From contig CAWDYA010000011.1 in NCBI GenBank assembly GCA_963806495.1, positions 435,801 to 499,800 on the forward strand: 64,000 nucleotides of DNA, written 5' to 3'. Shown here in pieces: positions 33,989-42,346 of the stretch. The stretch's first letter is position 1; every line of letters starts with the position of its first letter. Under the pieces are notes generated by a model that was not told the DNA's origin, searched no databases, and saw only the letters and a list, made by a program, of their open reading frames with translations. Origin of the DNA: an uncultured Acidobacteriota bacterium. GTDB taxonomy: Bacteria; Acidobacteriota; Polarisedimenticolia; JACPZX01; DASXTC01. The translations under genes were made by a program, and so were the position numbers.

Positions 33989-36014
33989 CGCGGGCCGCCC
34001 GCGCCGTGCCGGCCGTCTCGCGGCGCTCGCCGCTGCGGCGGCGACGCTGCTGCCGGCGCTGTCCGCGCCGGCCCGCGCGCAGGTCTCCCCCGGCCCGCTC
34101 GCGCGCCCCCACGCCTCCATCGACAGCACGCTGAAGTGCTTCTCGTGTCACGGCTCGTCGAAGGAGTCGATGGACGACAAGTGTCTCGCCTGCCACGAGG
34201 ACATCGGCTGGCTGCGCGACCGTCATCGCGGGTTCCACGGGCAGGCGGGTCTGCCCGCCTGCAGCTCCTGCCACCCGGATCACGGCGGGCGCGACTTCGA
34301 GCTGATCCAGTGGAAGGAGGGCGCACCGGAGAAGTTCGACCACGTGCGCAGCGGCTGGCCACTGAAGGGACGCCACGCCGAGCTGCGGTGCGCGAGCTGC
34401 CACCAGGCGAAGTTCCAGCTCTCCGCCGCGGCGAAGCTCGGCCGCCATGATCCGGGATCACAACGCTGGACCGGACTCGAGACGGCCTGCGCCTCGTGCC
34501 ACGAGGACGCGCACCGCGGCGCGCTCGGCCCGGACTGCGCTTCGTGCCACGGTCTGCAGCACTGGAAGCCGGCGGTCGGCTTCGATCACGCGAAGACCTC
34601 GTTCCCGCTGACCGGCAAGCATGCTCCCGTGGCATGCGCCGCCTGCCATCAGGCAAAACACCTGAAGCTGAAGCTCGACGGCGCCGGACGGCCGATCCCG
34701 TTGTACAAGCCGCTGCCGCACGCCGAGTGCAGCAGCTGCCACAAGGACGTGCACGACGCGCGTCTCGGCCCGGTGTGCAGCAAGTGCCACGGCACCGACG
34801 ACTTTCACCGGGTGGCGAAGGAGTCATTCGACCACGACAGGACCCGCTACCCCCTGCGCGGCGCGCACCGGGCGGTGAAGTGCGCGTCCTGCCACGAGGC
34901 GGCCGCGGCGAAGGGGCGCCAGCCCGCCTTCGCCCGGTGCGGCGACTGTCATGCCGACGCCCACGCGGGCAAGGCCACGCTCGCGGGCAAGGCCGTCGAC
35001 TGCGCCTCGTGCCACGAGGTGTCGGGATGGCGGACATCCACCTTCACCGTGGCGCAGCACGCATCGACACCCTATCCCCTCGTCGGGGCGCATGCGCGCG
35101 TCGCCTGCGCCTCCTGTCATGCCCGGAAGAAGGGAGCGGCGGGCCTGGGCTCCTCGGGCGTGGTGATCCGCGCGGCCCACGCCCTCTGCACCGATTGCCA
35201 CGCCGACGCGCACGCCGGACAGCTCGCGTCCGCAAAGGACGGCGGCGCCTGCGAGTCGTGTCACGCCGTCGCCGGATGGAAGCCGTCCACCTTCACGGCG
35301 GCACGGCACGACAAGCTGAAGTTCCCGCTGAAGGGACGCCATGCCGCGATCGACTGCGCCGCCTGCCACGGGCCGCTGCGGCCCGGGCTGCCGCCCGTCG
35401 CCCCGGCGAAACAGGTCGGCTCGGCGCGCGTGGAGCTGGCGCTGCGCGTCTCGGACTGCGCCGACTGTCATCGTGACCCTCACGCGGGACGGTTCGCGAA
35501 GAGCGCAACGTCACGCTGCGGCGACTGTCACACCTCGGCCGTTTCCTGGACCTCGACCATCGACGTGGAGGGGCATCGTCGCTTCCCGTTCCCGCTCGGC
35601 GGAGCACACCGGGCCGTCCCCTGCATCGCCTGCCACAAGGAGATGGAAGGGCCGCCGGGCGGCTCGACGCTGAAGCTGGCCTCGAACCCGGGCCGGCCGC
35701 TGCCATTCCGAGCCGGGCGCACCCGGTGCAGCGATTGCCACGAGGACCCGCACGGGGATCAGTTCGCGAAGCGCAAGGGCGGCGACACCTGCGACACGTG
35801 CCATGTCGACAACAGGTTCAAGCCGGCCGCCCTGTTCGACCACGAGCACGACACGGTCTTCCCGCTCAAGGGCGCCCACGCGCGCGTGACGTGCGGTGAA
35901 TGCCACAAGCCCCGCATCGACGAGAAGGGAGTGAGACGGGTCGTCTACCGTTCCGTTCCCACACGGTGTGAGGATTGCCACGCTGGCGGCAAGCAGGGAG
36001 GAGCATCACCATGA
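33969..36014 (+). CDS. Secreted multiheme cytochrome c, 23 CxxCH motifs (seven c7-like triheme modules)
   Basis: Signal peptide ...LLPALSAPARAQV. 23 CxxCH counted in the translation. Recurrent module FDHxxTxFPLxGxHxxxxCxxCH. Confidence 0.9.
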   Translation: MPARHPDAGRPRRAGRLAALAAAAATLLPALSAPARAQVSPGPLARPHASIDSTLKCFSCHGSSKESMDDKCLACHEDIGWLRDRHRGFHGQAGLPACSSCHPDHGGRDFELIQWKEGAPEKFDHVRSGWPLKGRHAELRCASCHQAKFQLSAAAKLGRHDPGSQRWTGLETACASCHEDAHRGALGPDCASCHGLQHWKPAVGFDHAKTSFPLTGKHAPVACAACHQAKHLKLKLDGAGRPIPLYKPLPHAECSSCHKDVHDARLGPVCSKCHGTDDFHRVAKESFDHDRTRYPLRGAHRAVKCASCHEAAAAKGRQPAFARCGDCHADAHAGKATLAGKAVDCASCHEVSGWRTSTFTVAQHASTPYPLVGAHARVACASCHARKKGAAGLGSSGVVIRAAHALCTDCHADAHAGQLASAKDGGACESCHAVAGWKPSTFTAARHDKLKFPLKGRHAAIDCAACHGPLRPGLPPVAPAKQVGSARVELALRVSDCADCHRDPHAGRFAKSATSRCGDCHTSAVSWTSTIDVEGHRRFPFPLGGAHRAVPCIACHKEMEGPPGGSTLKLASNPGRPLPFRAGRTRCSDCHEDPHGDQFAKRKGGDTCDTCHVDNRFKPAALFDHEHDTVFPLKGAHARVTCGECHKPRIDEKGVRRVVYRSVPTRCEDCHAGGKQGGASP

Positions 36015-37288
36015 AGCCCGCACGACTTCATCTCGGCCTCTTCGTCTTCGCTACGCTGGCCGCGGGCGCGGCGCCCGCGGCTGCGGCCGAGACGACATCG
36101 GAGAAGAACCCGCACGGCTCGTTCGTCGCCGACTGTTCGACCTGCCACCGGCCGGACGCCTGGAAGCCGGCCGTCATCTCGAGCGACTTCGACCACAGGA
36201 AGTACGGCTACACGCTGCAGGGGGCGCACGAGAAGCTCCCCTGCCGCACGTGCCACGCCTCGCTCGACTTCAAGCGGGCCGGGACGGCCTGTATCGACTG
36301 CCACCAGGACATCCACAACGGCGAGATGGGGATCGACTGCGATCGATGCCACACGCTGCGCAACTTCATCGAGCAGACGCAGCAGCGGCGCAACCACAGG
36401 CTGACCCGTTTCCCGCTCACCGGCGCCCACACGGCCGTGGACTGCGATTCGTGCCATCGTGCCGGCAGTACGGGGCAATTGAGCTTCGTCAACACGAATA
36501 CCGAGTGCGATTCGTGCCATCTGAATGACTACCTGGCCACCACCAACCCCGACCACACCGCCTCGGGGCTGCCGCGCGACTGCATCGAGTGCCACTCGGT
36601 CATAAGCTGGGCGGGCAGCCGGTTCAACCACTCCACGACCGGGTTCCCCCTGTCGGGCACGCACAAGAGCCTCGATTGCTCAGCCTGCCACACCGGCAAC
36701 CAGTTCACGGGGGCGTCTCCCGACTGCTGGTCGTGCCATCAGACCGACTTCGAGCAGACCACCAACCCGCCTCACCAGAGCCAGGGGTTCTCGCACGACT
36801 GCCAGTCCTGCCACAACACCAGCGCGTGGCAGCCCTCGACCTTCGATCACAACGCGACCGGATTCCCGCTGACCGGCGCGCACCGGGCCGCCGCCTGCAC
36901 CGACTGCCACACCGGCGGCACTTACGCCGGCACGCCCACAGCCTGTGTCTCCTGCCACCAGCAGGACTATGACGGCACCACGAACCCGGACCACCAGGCC
37001 GCCGGCTTCCCGACCGACTGCGCGAGCTGCCACGGGACCACGACCTGGAGCGGGGCGACCTTCGACCACGACTCGCTCTACTTCCCGATCTACAGCGGCG
37101 CGCACGCCGGCCGGTGGGCGTCCTGCGCCACCTGCCATATCAACCCGGCCAACTACGGCGACTTCACATGCCTTTCGTGTCACCCGCACGATGACAAGAA
37201 CTCGACCGACGGCCACCACAGCGGGGTCAACGGGTACATGTATGTCAGCTCGGCCTGCTACAGCTGTCATCCGAGGGGGAGGCACTGA
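36011..37288 (+). CDS. Secreted multiheme cytochrome c, 16 CxxCH motifs
   Basis: ATG 36011 overlaps the upstream stop (ATGA) and follows GGGAGGAG. Signal peptide MKPARLHLGLFVFATLAAGAAPAAAA. 16 CxxCH. Recurrent TTNPxH...DCxxCH module. Confidence 0.9.
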   Translation: MKPARLHLGLFVFATLAAGAAPAAAAETTSEKNPHGSFVADCSTCHRPDAWKPAVISSDFDHRKYGYTLQGAHEKLPCRTCHASLDFKRAGTACIDCHQDIHNGEMGIDCDRCHTLRNFIEQTQQRRNHRLTRFPLTGAHTAVDCDSCHRAGSTGQLSFVNTNTECDSCHLNDYLATTNPDHTASGLPRDCIECHSVISWAGSRFNHSTTGFPLSGTHKSLDCSACHTGNQFTGASPDCWSCHQTDFEQTTNPPHQSQGFSHDCQSCHNTSAWQPSTFDHNATGFPLTGAHRAAACTDCHTGGTYAGTPTACVSCHQQDYDGTTNPDHQAAGFPTDCASCHGTTTWSGATFDHDSLYFPIYSGAHAGRWASCATCHINPANYGDFTCLSCHPHDDKNSTDGHHSGVNGYMYVSSACYSCHPRGRH

Positions 37289-38904
37289 TGAACGCCATGC
37301 GCAAGCTGATCCCCTGGATACGGCCCGCGGCGCTCCTGCTCGCCATGATGCCCGGCATCGCCGACCTGCCCGCCGCGACGGAGCAGGCCGAGACCGGGCC
37401 GTACCGTGAGACCACCATCACCTATCTGTCCGGGGCATCGGTCTATCTCGGCTCGGGCAGTGACGCCGGAATGGCGATCGGCCAGCAGCTCGAGGTGGTG
37501 CGAGACGGCGCGGTGATCGGATGGCTGCGTGTCACCTACATCTCGGCCAGCCGGGCCCTGTGCGAGCGGATCAGCGGTGAGACGCCCCTCGCCACCGGTG
37601 ACACCGTCCGCTACATCCCGCAGGCGGCGCCCACGCCGGCCGCGGAGCCGGCCCAACGCAAGCCGGAGCCGCCCCGCGCGCGACGCGGGACCGGGCTGCA
37701 TGGCCGCGTCGGCGTCCGGTACCTCGTGGTGAGGGACAACGGCGTGGACGGCGCGGACGGCACCGACTTCTCACAGCCCGCGCTCGATCTGCGGCTCGAC
37801 GGCACGACGATGGGCGGGGCGCCGATCGACATGGACGTCGACGTCCGCTCCCGCCGCTCGTATCGCACGATGCCCGACGGCACGCGCGAGACCGACGGCT
37901 CGACGAGCATCTACCGGATGTCCGCCTCCTGGCACGACCCTGCCTCGCCATGGCGCGTCACCGCCGGGCGGCAGGTCTCGCCGTCTCTCGCGGCGATCAG
38001 CATCTTCGACGGCGTGGAGGCGTCGTACCGGGCGGCACGGTGGGGCGCAGGCGTCTTCAGCGGCACCCAGCCCGATCCGGTCGACCTCGGCTACTCCAAC
38101 ACGATCCGCGAGCACGGTGCCTATGTCGAGTGGCGTCAGGCGCCCGAGAGCGAGCGACGCTGGGGGATCACCACGGGGCTGATCGGCTCGTACGCGGAGG
38201 GCGAGATCAACCGCGAGTTCTCGTACATGCAGGGCTCGTACATGGGCAGGAGACTCTCCTTCTGGCTCGCCGAGGAGATCGACCTGAACCGCGGATGGAA
38301 GGAGCAGGCCGAGAACAGCTCCGTCTCGTTCACCAGCACGCTGGTGACGGTCGGCCTGCGCGCCACCGAGGGGCTCTCGTTCAACGCCGGCTACGACAAC
38401 CGGCGCAACGTGCGTCTCTACCGCGACCGGATCACGCCGGTCACCGAGTTCGACGATCAGTACCGCACGGGCGCCTGGGCGGGGGCGACGTGGCGGTTCG
38501 CCGACCACTACTCGATCGGCGTGGACGGCCGCACCAACACGGGCGGCTCCACCGGCGGCGCCGACGGTTACACGCTGCGTCTCGGGGCCGTGCGGCTGAC
38601 GCCCCTCGGGCTGGACTTCCGCTCGCGCAGCACCCGCTACACCAACGACACGGTGGAGGGATGGCTGCACTCGCTCGGGATCGGCCTGCCGCTGGGATCG
38701 CGCTGGCACATCGAGGTCAACGGCGGCGTGCGCGACGAGACGAACCTGATCGATCCCACGCTGGGCGGCACGCTGACCTGGTACGGCCTGGACATCGACG
38801 TGAACATCGCGCGGCGTTGGTACGCCATCCTGTCCGTGGAGACCGCCACCGGCGACATGGAGGCCACGGATCAGGCGTTCCTGAGCGTCTCGTGGCGGTT
38901 CTGA
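37288..38904 (+). CDS. Putative outer-membrane beta-barrel protein with ~100-aa N-terminal soluble domain
   Basis: TGATG overlap with the upstream cytochrome gene. Signal peptide MNAMRKLIPWIRPAALLLAMMPGIADLPAA. Alternating hydrophobic/polar pattern rich in Y/G/R/D. C-terminal FLSVSWRF (terminal aromatic, OMP signature). Confidence 0.7.
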   Translation: MNAMRKLIPWIRPAALLLAMMPGIADLPAATEQAETGPYRETTITYLSGASVYLGSGSDAGMAIGQQLEVVRDGAVIGWLRVTYISASRALCERISGETPLATGDTVRYIPQAAPTPAAEPAQRKPEPPRARRGTGLHGRVGVRYLVVRDNGVDGADGTDFSQPALDLRLDGTTMGGAPIDMDVDVRSRRSYRTMPDGTRETDGSTSIYRMSASWHDPASPWRVTAGRQVSPSLAAISIFDGVEASYRAARWGAGVFSGTQPDPVDLGYSNTIREHGAYVEWRQAPESERRWGITTGLIGSYAEGEINREFSYMQGSYMGRRLSFWLAEEIDLNRGWKEQAENSSVSFTSTLVTVGLRATEGLSFNAGYDNRRNVRLYRDRITPVTEFDDQYRTGAWAGATWRFADHYSIGVDGRTNTGGSTGGADGYTLRLGAVRLTPLGLDFRSRSTRYTNDTVEGWLHSLGIGLPLGSRWHIEVNGGVRDETNLIDPTLGGTLTWYGLDIDVNIARRWYAILSVETATGDMEATDQAFLSVSWRF

Positions 38905-38919
38905 GCCGGCGCCCCTCCG

Positions 38920-39723
38920 TCAGAGGCCGCGGTGCAGGATGGCCGGCGGCGCGATGCCGGCTTCGCGGAACGCCTGCAGCACCCGTTCGTTGACGTCCGT
39001 CTCGAACGCCTTCTCGAATCGCACGTCGAGGACATACGCCTTGGCCCTCACCTGCACCGCGAGATAGTTGTCCTGGATGACCTGCTTGACGAGGACAGCC
39101 CACGGCTTCCTGAGCTGCGCGTAACGGCTCGTGGTGAGCGCCTCCTGCACGATCTGCTTCGCCTTCGCGACGTCCTGGTCGAGGCCCACGTAGAAGTCCA
39201 TCTGGATCATCATATCGACCGAGCCCGCGTTGCCCGACGCCACCACCTCGATCAGGAACTTGTTGTTCGGAATGGTGACCAGCGTGTCGTCGAGCGTCAT
39301 GAGCCGCACGGAGCGAAGGCCGATGTCCCGGATCTCGCCGTAGTAGTTCTCGAAGGTGACCCGGTCGCCCACCTGGAACGGTTTGTCCATCAGGATCACC
39401 AGCCCCGCCACCACCGACGCGACGATGTCCTTCAGCGCGAATCCGATGGAGACGGCCACCGTGCCGCCCACGGCGAGCACGACCTCGCGGGTGAGCACCA
39501 GCATGGTCGCCGCCGCACCCAGCCCGCCGAGCATGTAGAGGCCGAACCGGACGAACGAGCCGACCTGATTGATGATCAGCCGCTTGTCGGCGAACCGCTG
39601 TCCTGCACGGTTGAGCACGCCCGTCAGGATGCGCGCGATGACGAACGTCACGAGCAGGATCGCCAGCGCGTAGGGGATCCCGCCGACCCGCACGATGTTC
39701 AGGATGTCCGCCTGGTTGTCCAT
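38920..39723 (-). CDS. Small-conductance mechanosensitive channel (MscS family)
   Basis: Three N-terminal TMs, then PFQVGDRVTF..YYGEIRDIGLRSVRLMTLDDTLVTIPNNKF. Confidence 0.85.
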   Translation of the reverse strand: MDNQADILNIVRVGGIPYALAILLVTFVIARILTGVLNRAGQRFADKRLIINQVGSFVRFGLYMLGGLGAAATMLVLTREVVLAVGGTVAVSIGFALKDIVASVVAGLVILMDKPFQVGDRVTFENYYGEIRDIGLRSVRLMTLDDTLVTIPNNKFLIEVVASGNAGSVDMMIQMDFYVGLDQDVAKAKQIVQEALTTSRYAQLRKPWAVLVKQVIQDNYLAVQVRAKAYVLDVRFEKAFETDVNERVLQAFREAGIAPPAILHRGL

Positions 39724-39730
39724 CGCCCCC

Positions 39731-42001
39731 TCAGTCCGGCAGCAGGTTGAGGCGTGACAGCAGCCGTGTCACCGCCTTGTACCAGTGGGTCCGGACGCGG
39801 TATCGCCCCTCGTCGACCCGCAGAACCCCCAGGTCGGACAGCCTGTCGAGATGGATCGAGCAGATCCGCTCCGTGTAGGCGGTCACCGCGACCGCCTCCT
39901 CGTGCGACAGGTTCTCGTGCGTCACGACCGCCGCGAGCACGAAAAGCCCTTCCTCGGGGATCCGCTCCAGTTGCTGTGTGCCGGGCGCGCGGAAGAGACG
40001 CACCCGCGCGCGCGTCTCCGAATCGGGGACGAGCGACCGGAGCCAGAAGTGCAGCGCGATGCGCGGATTGCCGTCGGCGTAGTCCCACAGGAGACGGCTG
40101 TACCCCTCTTCGGTGCGCAGGAACCGCGCCTCGGCCGAGACGCCCTCCATCCGGTCCACCACGAGATCCTCGAAGGTGAGATCCACCCCGCTCTCCGTCG
40201 TGCGCGTCCGGAGCAGAGCGCGGATCGCCTCCTCGCTCCAGGGCGTCAGCACCTGCTCATCCCGGAAGACGGCGAGATCCGGACGCACCGCCCTGAGATG
40301 CTCCCACGAGAAGGCGTTGAAGGCGCACAGCCAGAAGATCCGATCGCATGTCTCCTCCACGACCGAGACGAACCCCTCGAGCGCGTCGTACCCCCCGACG
40401 GCGGCCAGGAACAGGTTCTGCGCCGCATCCACCACCACGACCCGGCGGCTGTCGTCGCTACGGATCACCGGCTCGACGGCCTTTCGCAGGTCGGCGTCCC
40501 TCAGCAGCCTTTCCCGAAGCTCCAGCCGTTCCACGGGCAGGTCACCGGTCTGAACACGCCCCAGCCAGGAGGTCTTCCCCATGCCTGGCTCGCCGATCAC
40601 CACGAAGCTGCCGCCGCGGCTGCCGGAGCCCCATTCCTTCAGAGTGTTCGTGAGCCGGTCGAGACCCGGGAACCGGTCAACGACGAGCGGCCCCTCGGAG
40701 ATCGCCTTCTCGGAGAACGCCGCGACAAGAGACGCGGGCAGCAAATCAATCCGCCCTTCCGCGTACCCCTTCTGCTCGGCCTGCTTCTCCATCCGCCGGC
40801 GGAACACGAACGCGAGCGCCTTGCGTGTCTGGTCGAACGTCAGGGCGAAGTCGCGCGCCATGATCGCGCCGGCCCGGCCCGCAAGCCAGCCGAACGAGGC
40901 CGCTGCCACCAGCACGCCATACCAGTGGTCGCGCGAGCTCTTTACCATCTCGGCGAGCCTCCCTGAAGGCGCCGACCCCAGGTAGGCGTCCGCGACGATC
41001 TGCCGCCACCGGCTGAGGACCCGAAGGGCCGCGGCCAGCACCACGAGCCACGAGAAGTCCACGACGATGCCGTAGAGGAAACCGGTGCCGAGGAGCTGGC
41101 GGGAGAGCGCGAACAGGACGCCGAGCAGCGTCACGGTGCGGACGATGGTGCGCACGCTGCGGATGAGGAGCATCCGGCGCGCCGTATCCATCGCCAGGTG
41201 GTAGCGGCGGGCGACCCTCACGATCAGGGAAAAGGAGACATCGATGGCGAGCCGGTAGAAGACGTACAGCACCGCGAGCCGGTAGATGACGACGGCCTCC
41301 GGCAGGTCGCGTGCGCCGCCCAGGCCCCATTGCAGCAGCCACAGGGCGAACAGCCACGTCAGCCACGGGACGACCACCTCGACGATGCCGGACACGGCCT
41401 CGAGACGCCGCAGCCAGCGCGCGCTGTGGACCCGATCGAACGCGGCACGTTTCGTCGCGGCGAGAAGCTGCGGGCCCCGGCGCCGGACGATGAGCAGGAA
41501 CACCAGGATGAGCGCGATCTTCCCGAGCACGAGCGTGGCGCTGCCGAGCGCGAACATGTCACCCAGGATCGAGGGCAGCTGGTGAAGCGCCCGTGCCCTG
41601 CTCGCGCCCCACAGCCGCGCGGAGAGAACGAGCTGGCGGAACTCGCGCCTGAGCTGGGCAAACCCCTCGCGTGAGAACCCGAGGATCTGGCTCCGCTTGT
41701 CCGGTGTCAGCAGCGACAGCGCGCGGATTCTCAGGTTGGTGATCCGGCTCACGAGGTCGGCGTCGGTCTCGACTCCCATCCACAGCGAAGCCCGCCGGAT
41801 CCGCTCGAAATGATCGGTGGCCTCCTCGATCTCGGACTCCAGTCGCATCAGGGCCCGCGCCCGTTCCTCCAGGGGCGTTCCGAGCAGGGTCTCGGGCTGG
41901 AGGCTCGGGACGAAACGGGGTGCCGGGGGCGGCGACTTCCACTCGTCGAGCGCGGCCTCCAGAATCGTCCCGGGCCGATCCGACGAGGTCCCCGAGCTCA
42001 T
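39731..42001 (-). CDS. Polytopic membrane protein fused to cytoplasmic P-loop NTPase and C-terminal winged-helix-like region (hypothetical); probably extends upstream to ~42350 across a frameshift
   Basis: About 6 TM segments in the N-terminal half. Walker A VVIGEPGMGKTS and Walker B-like RRVVVVDAAQ. Ends 7 nt upstream of the MscS gene. See finding on 41985-42377. Confidence 0.7.
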   Translation of the reverse strand: MSSGTSSDRPGTILEAALDEWKSPPPAPRFVPSLQPETLLGTPLEERARALMRLESEIEEATDHFERIRRASLWMGVETDADLVSRITNLRIRALSLLTPDKRSQILGFSREGFAQLRREFRQLVLSARLWGASRARALHQLPSILGDMFALGSATLVLGKIALILVFLLIVRRRGPQLLAATKRAAFDRVHSARWLRRLEAVSGIVEVVVPWLTWLFALWLLQWGLGGARDLPEAVVIYRLAVLYVFYRLAIDVSFSLIVRVARRYHLAMDTARRMLLIRSVRTIVRTVTLLGVLFALSRQLLGTGFLYGIVVDFSWLVVLAAALRVLSRWRQIVADAYLGSAPSGRLAEMVKSSRDHWYGVLVAAASFGWLAGRAGAIMARDFALTFDQTRKALAFVFRRRMEKQAEQKGYAEGRIDLLPASLVAAFSEKAISEGPLVVDRFPGLDRLTNTLKEWGSGSRGGSFVVIGEPGMGKTSWLGRVQTGDLPVERLELRERLLRDADLRKAVEPVIRSDDSRRVVVVDAAQNLFLAAVGGYDALEGFVSVVEETCDRIFWLCAFNAFSWEHLRAVRPDLAVFRDEQVLTPWSEEAIRALLRTRTTESGVDLTFEDLVVDRMEGVSAEARFLRTEEGYSRLLWDYADGNPRIALHFWLRSLVPDSETRARVRLFRAPGTQQLERIPEEGLFVLAAVVTHENLSHEEAVAVTAYTERICSIHLDRLSDLGVLRVDEGRYRVRTHWYKAVTRLLSRLNLLPD

Positions 42002-42346
42002 CGAAGATCCGGTCCGCGGCCGGCGTGCCGGGTCTGGCGGTGGTCAGAGCGAGGCTCAGCTTGCCAATCCGCTCGCCCATGGCCTGCAGGCGTGCCTCCC
42101 TCTCACCATCGACGTCGGAGAGCGCTGCCTCGCGCCGCTCCAGGTCGACTCTGACCGCGGCGGCCCGATCGATCTCGGCCTGCAGCTCGCGCTCCAGGGG
42201 GGTGGCGGGCGCGACGGTATCGGCGGGAACGGCGTTGGGGTCTGCGACGGCCGGCGGTGCGGGGGGTATCTCCTGCCCGTAGACGAAGGGGGCGAGCAGC
42301 AGCGCGCACAGGGCGATCGGGATGGAGGTCCTCAGAGGTCCCCTCT

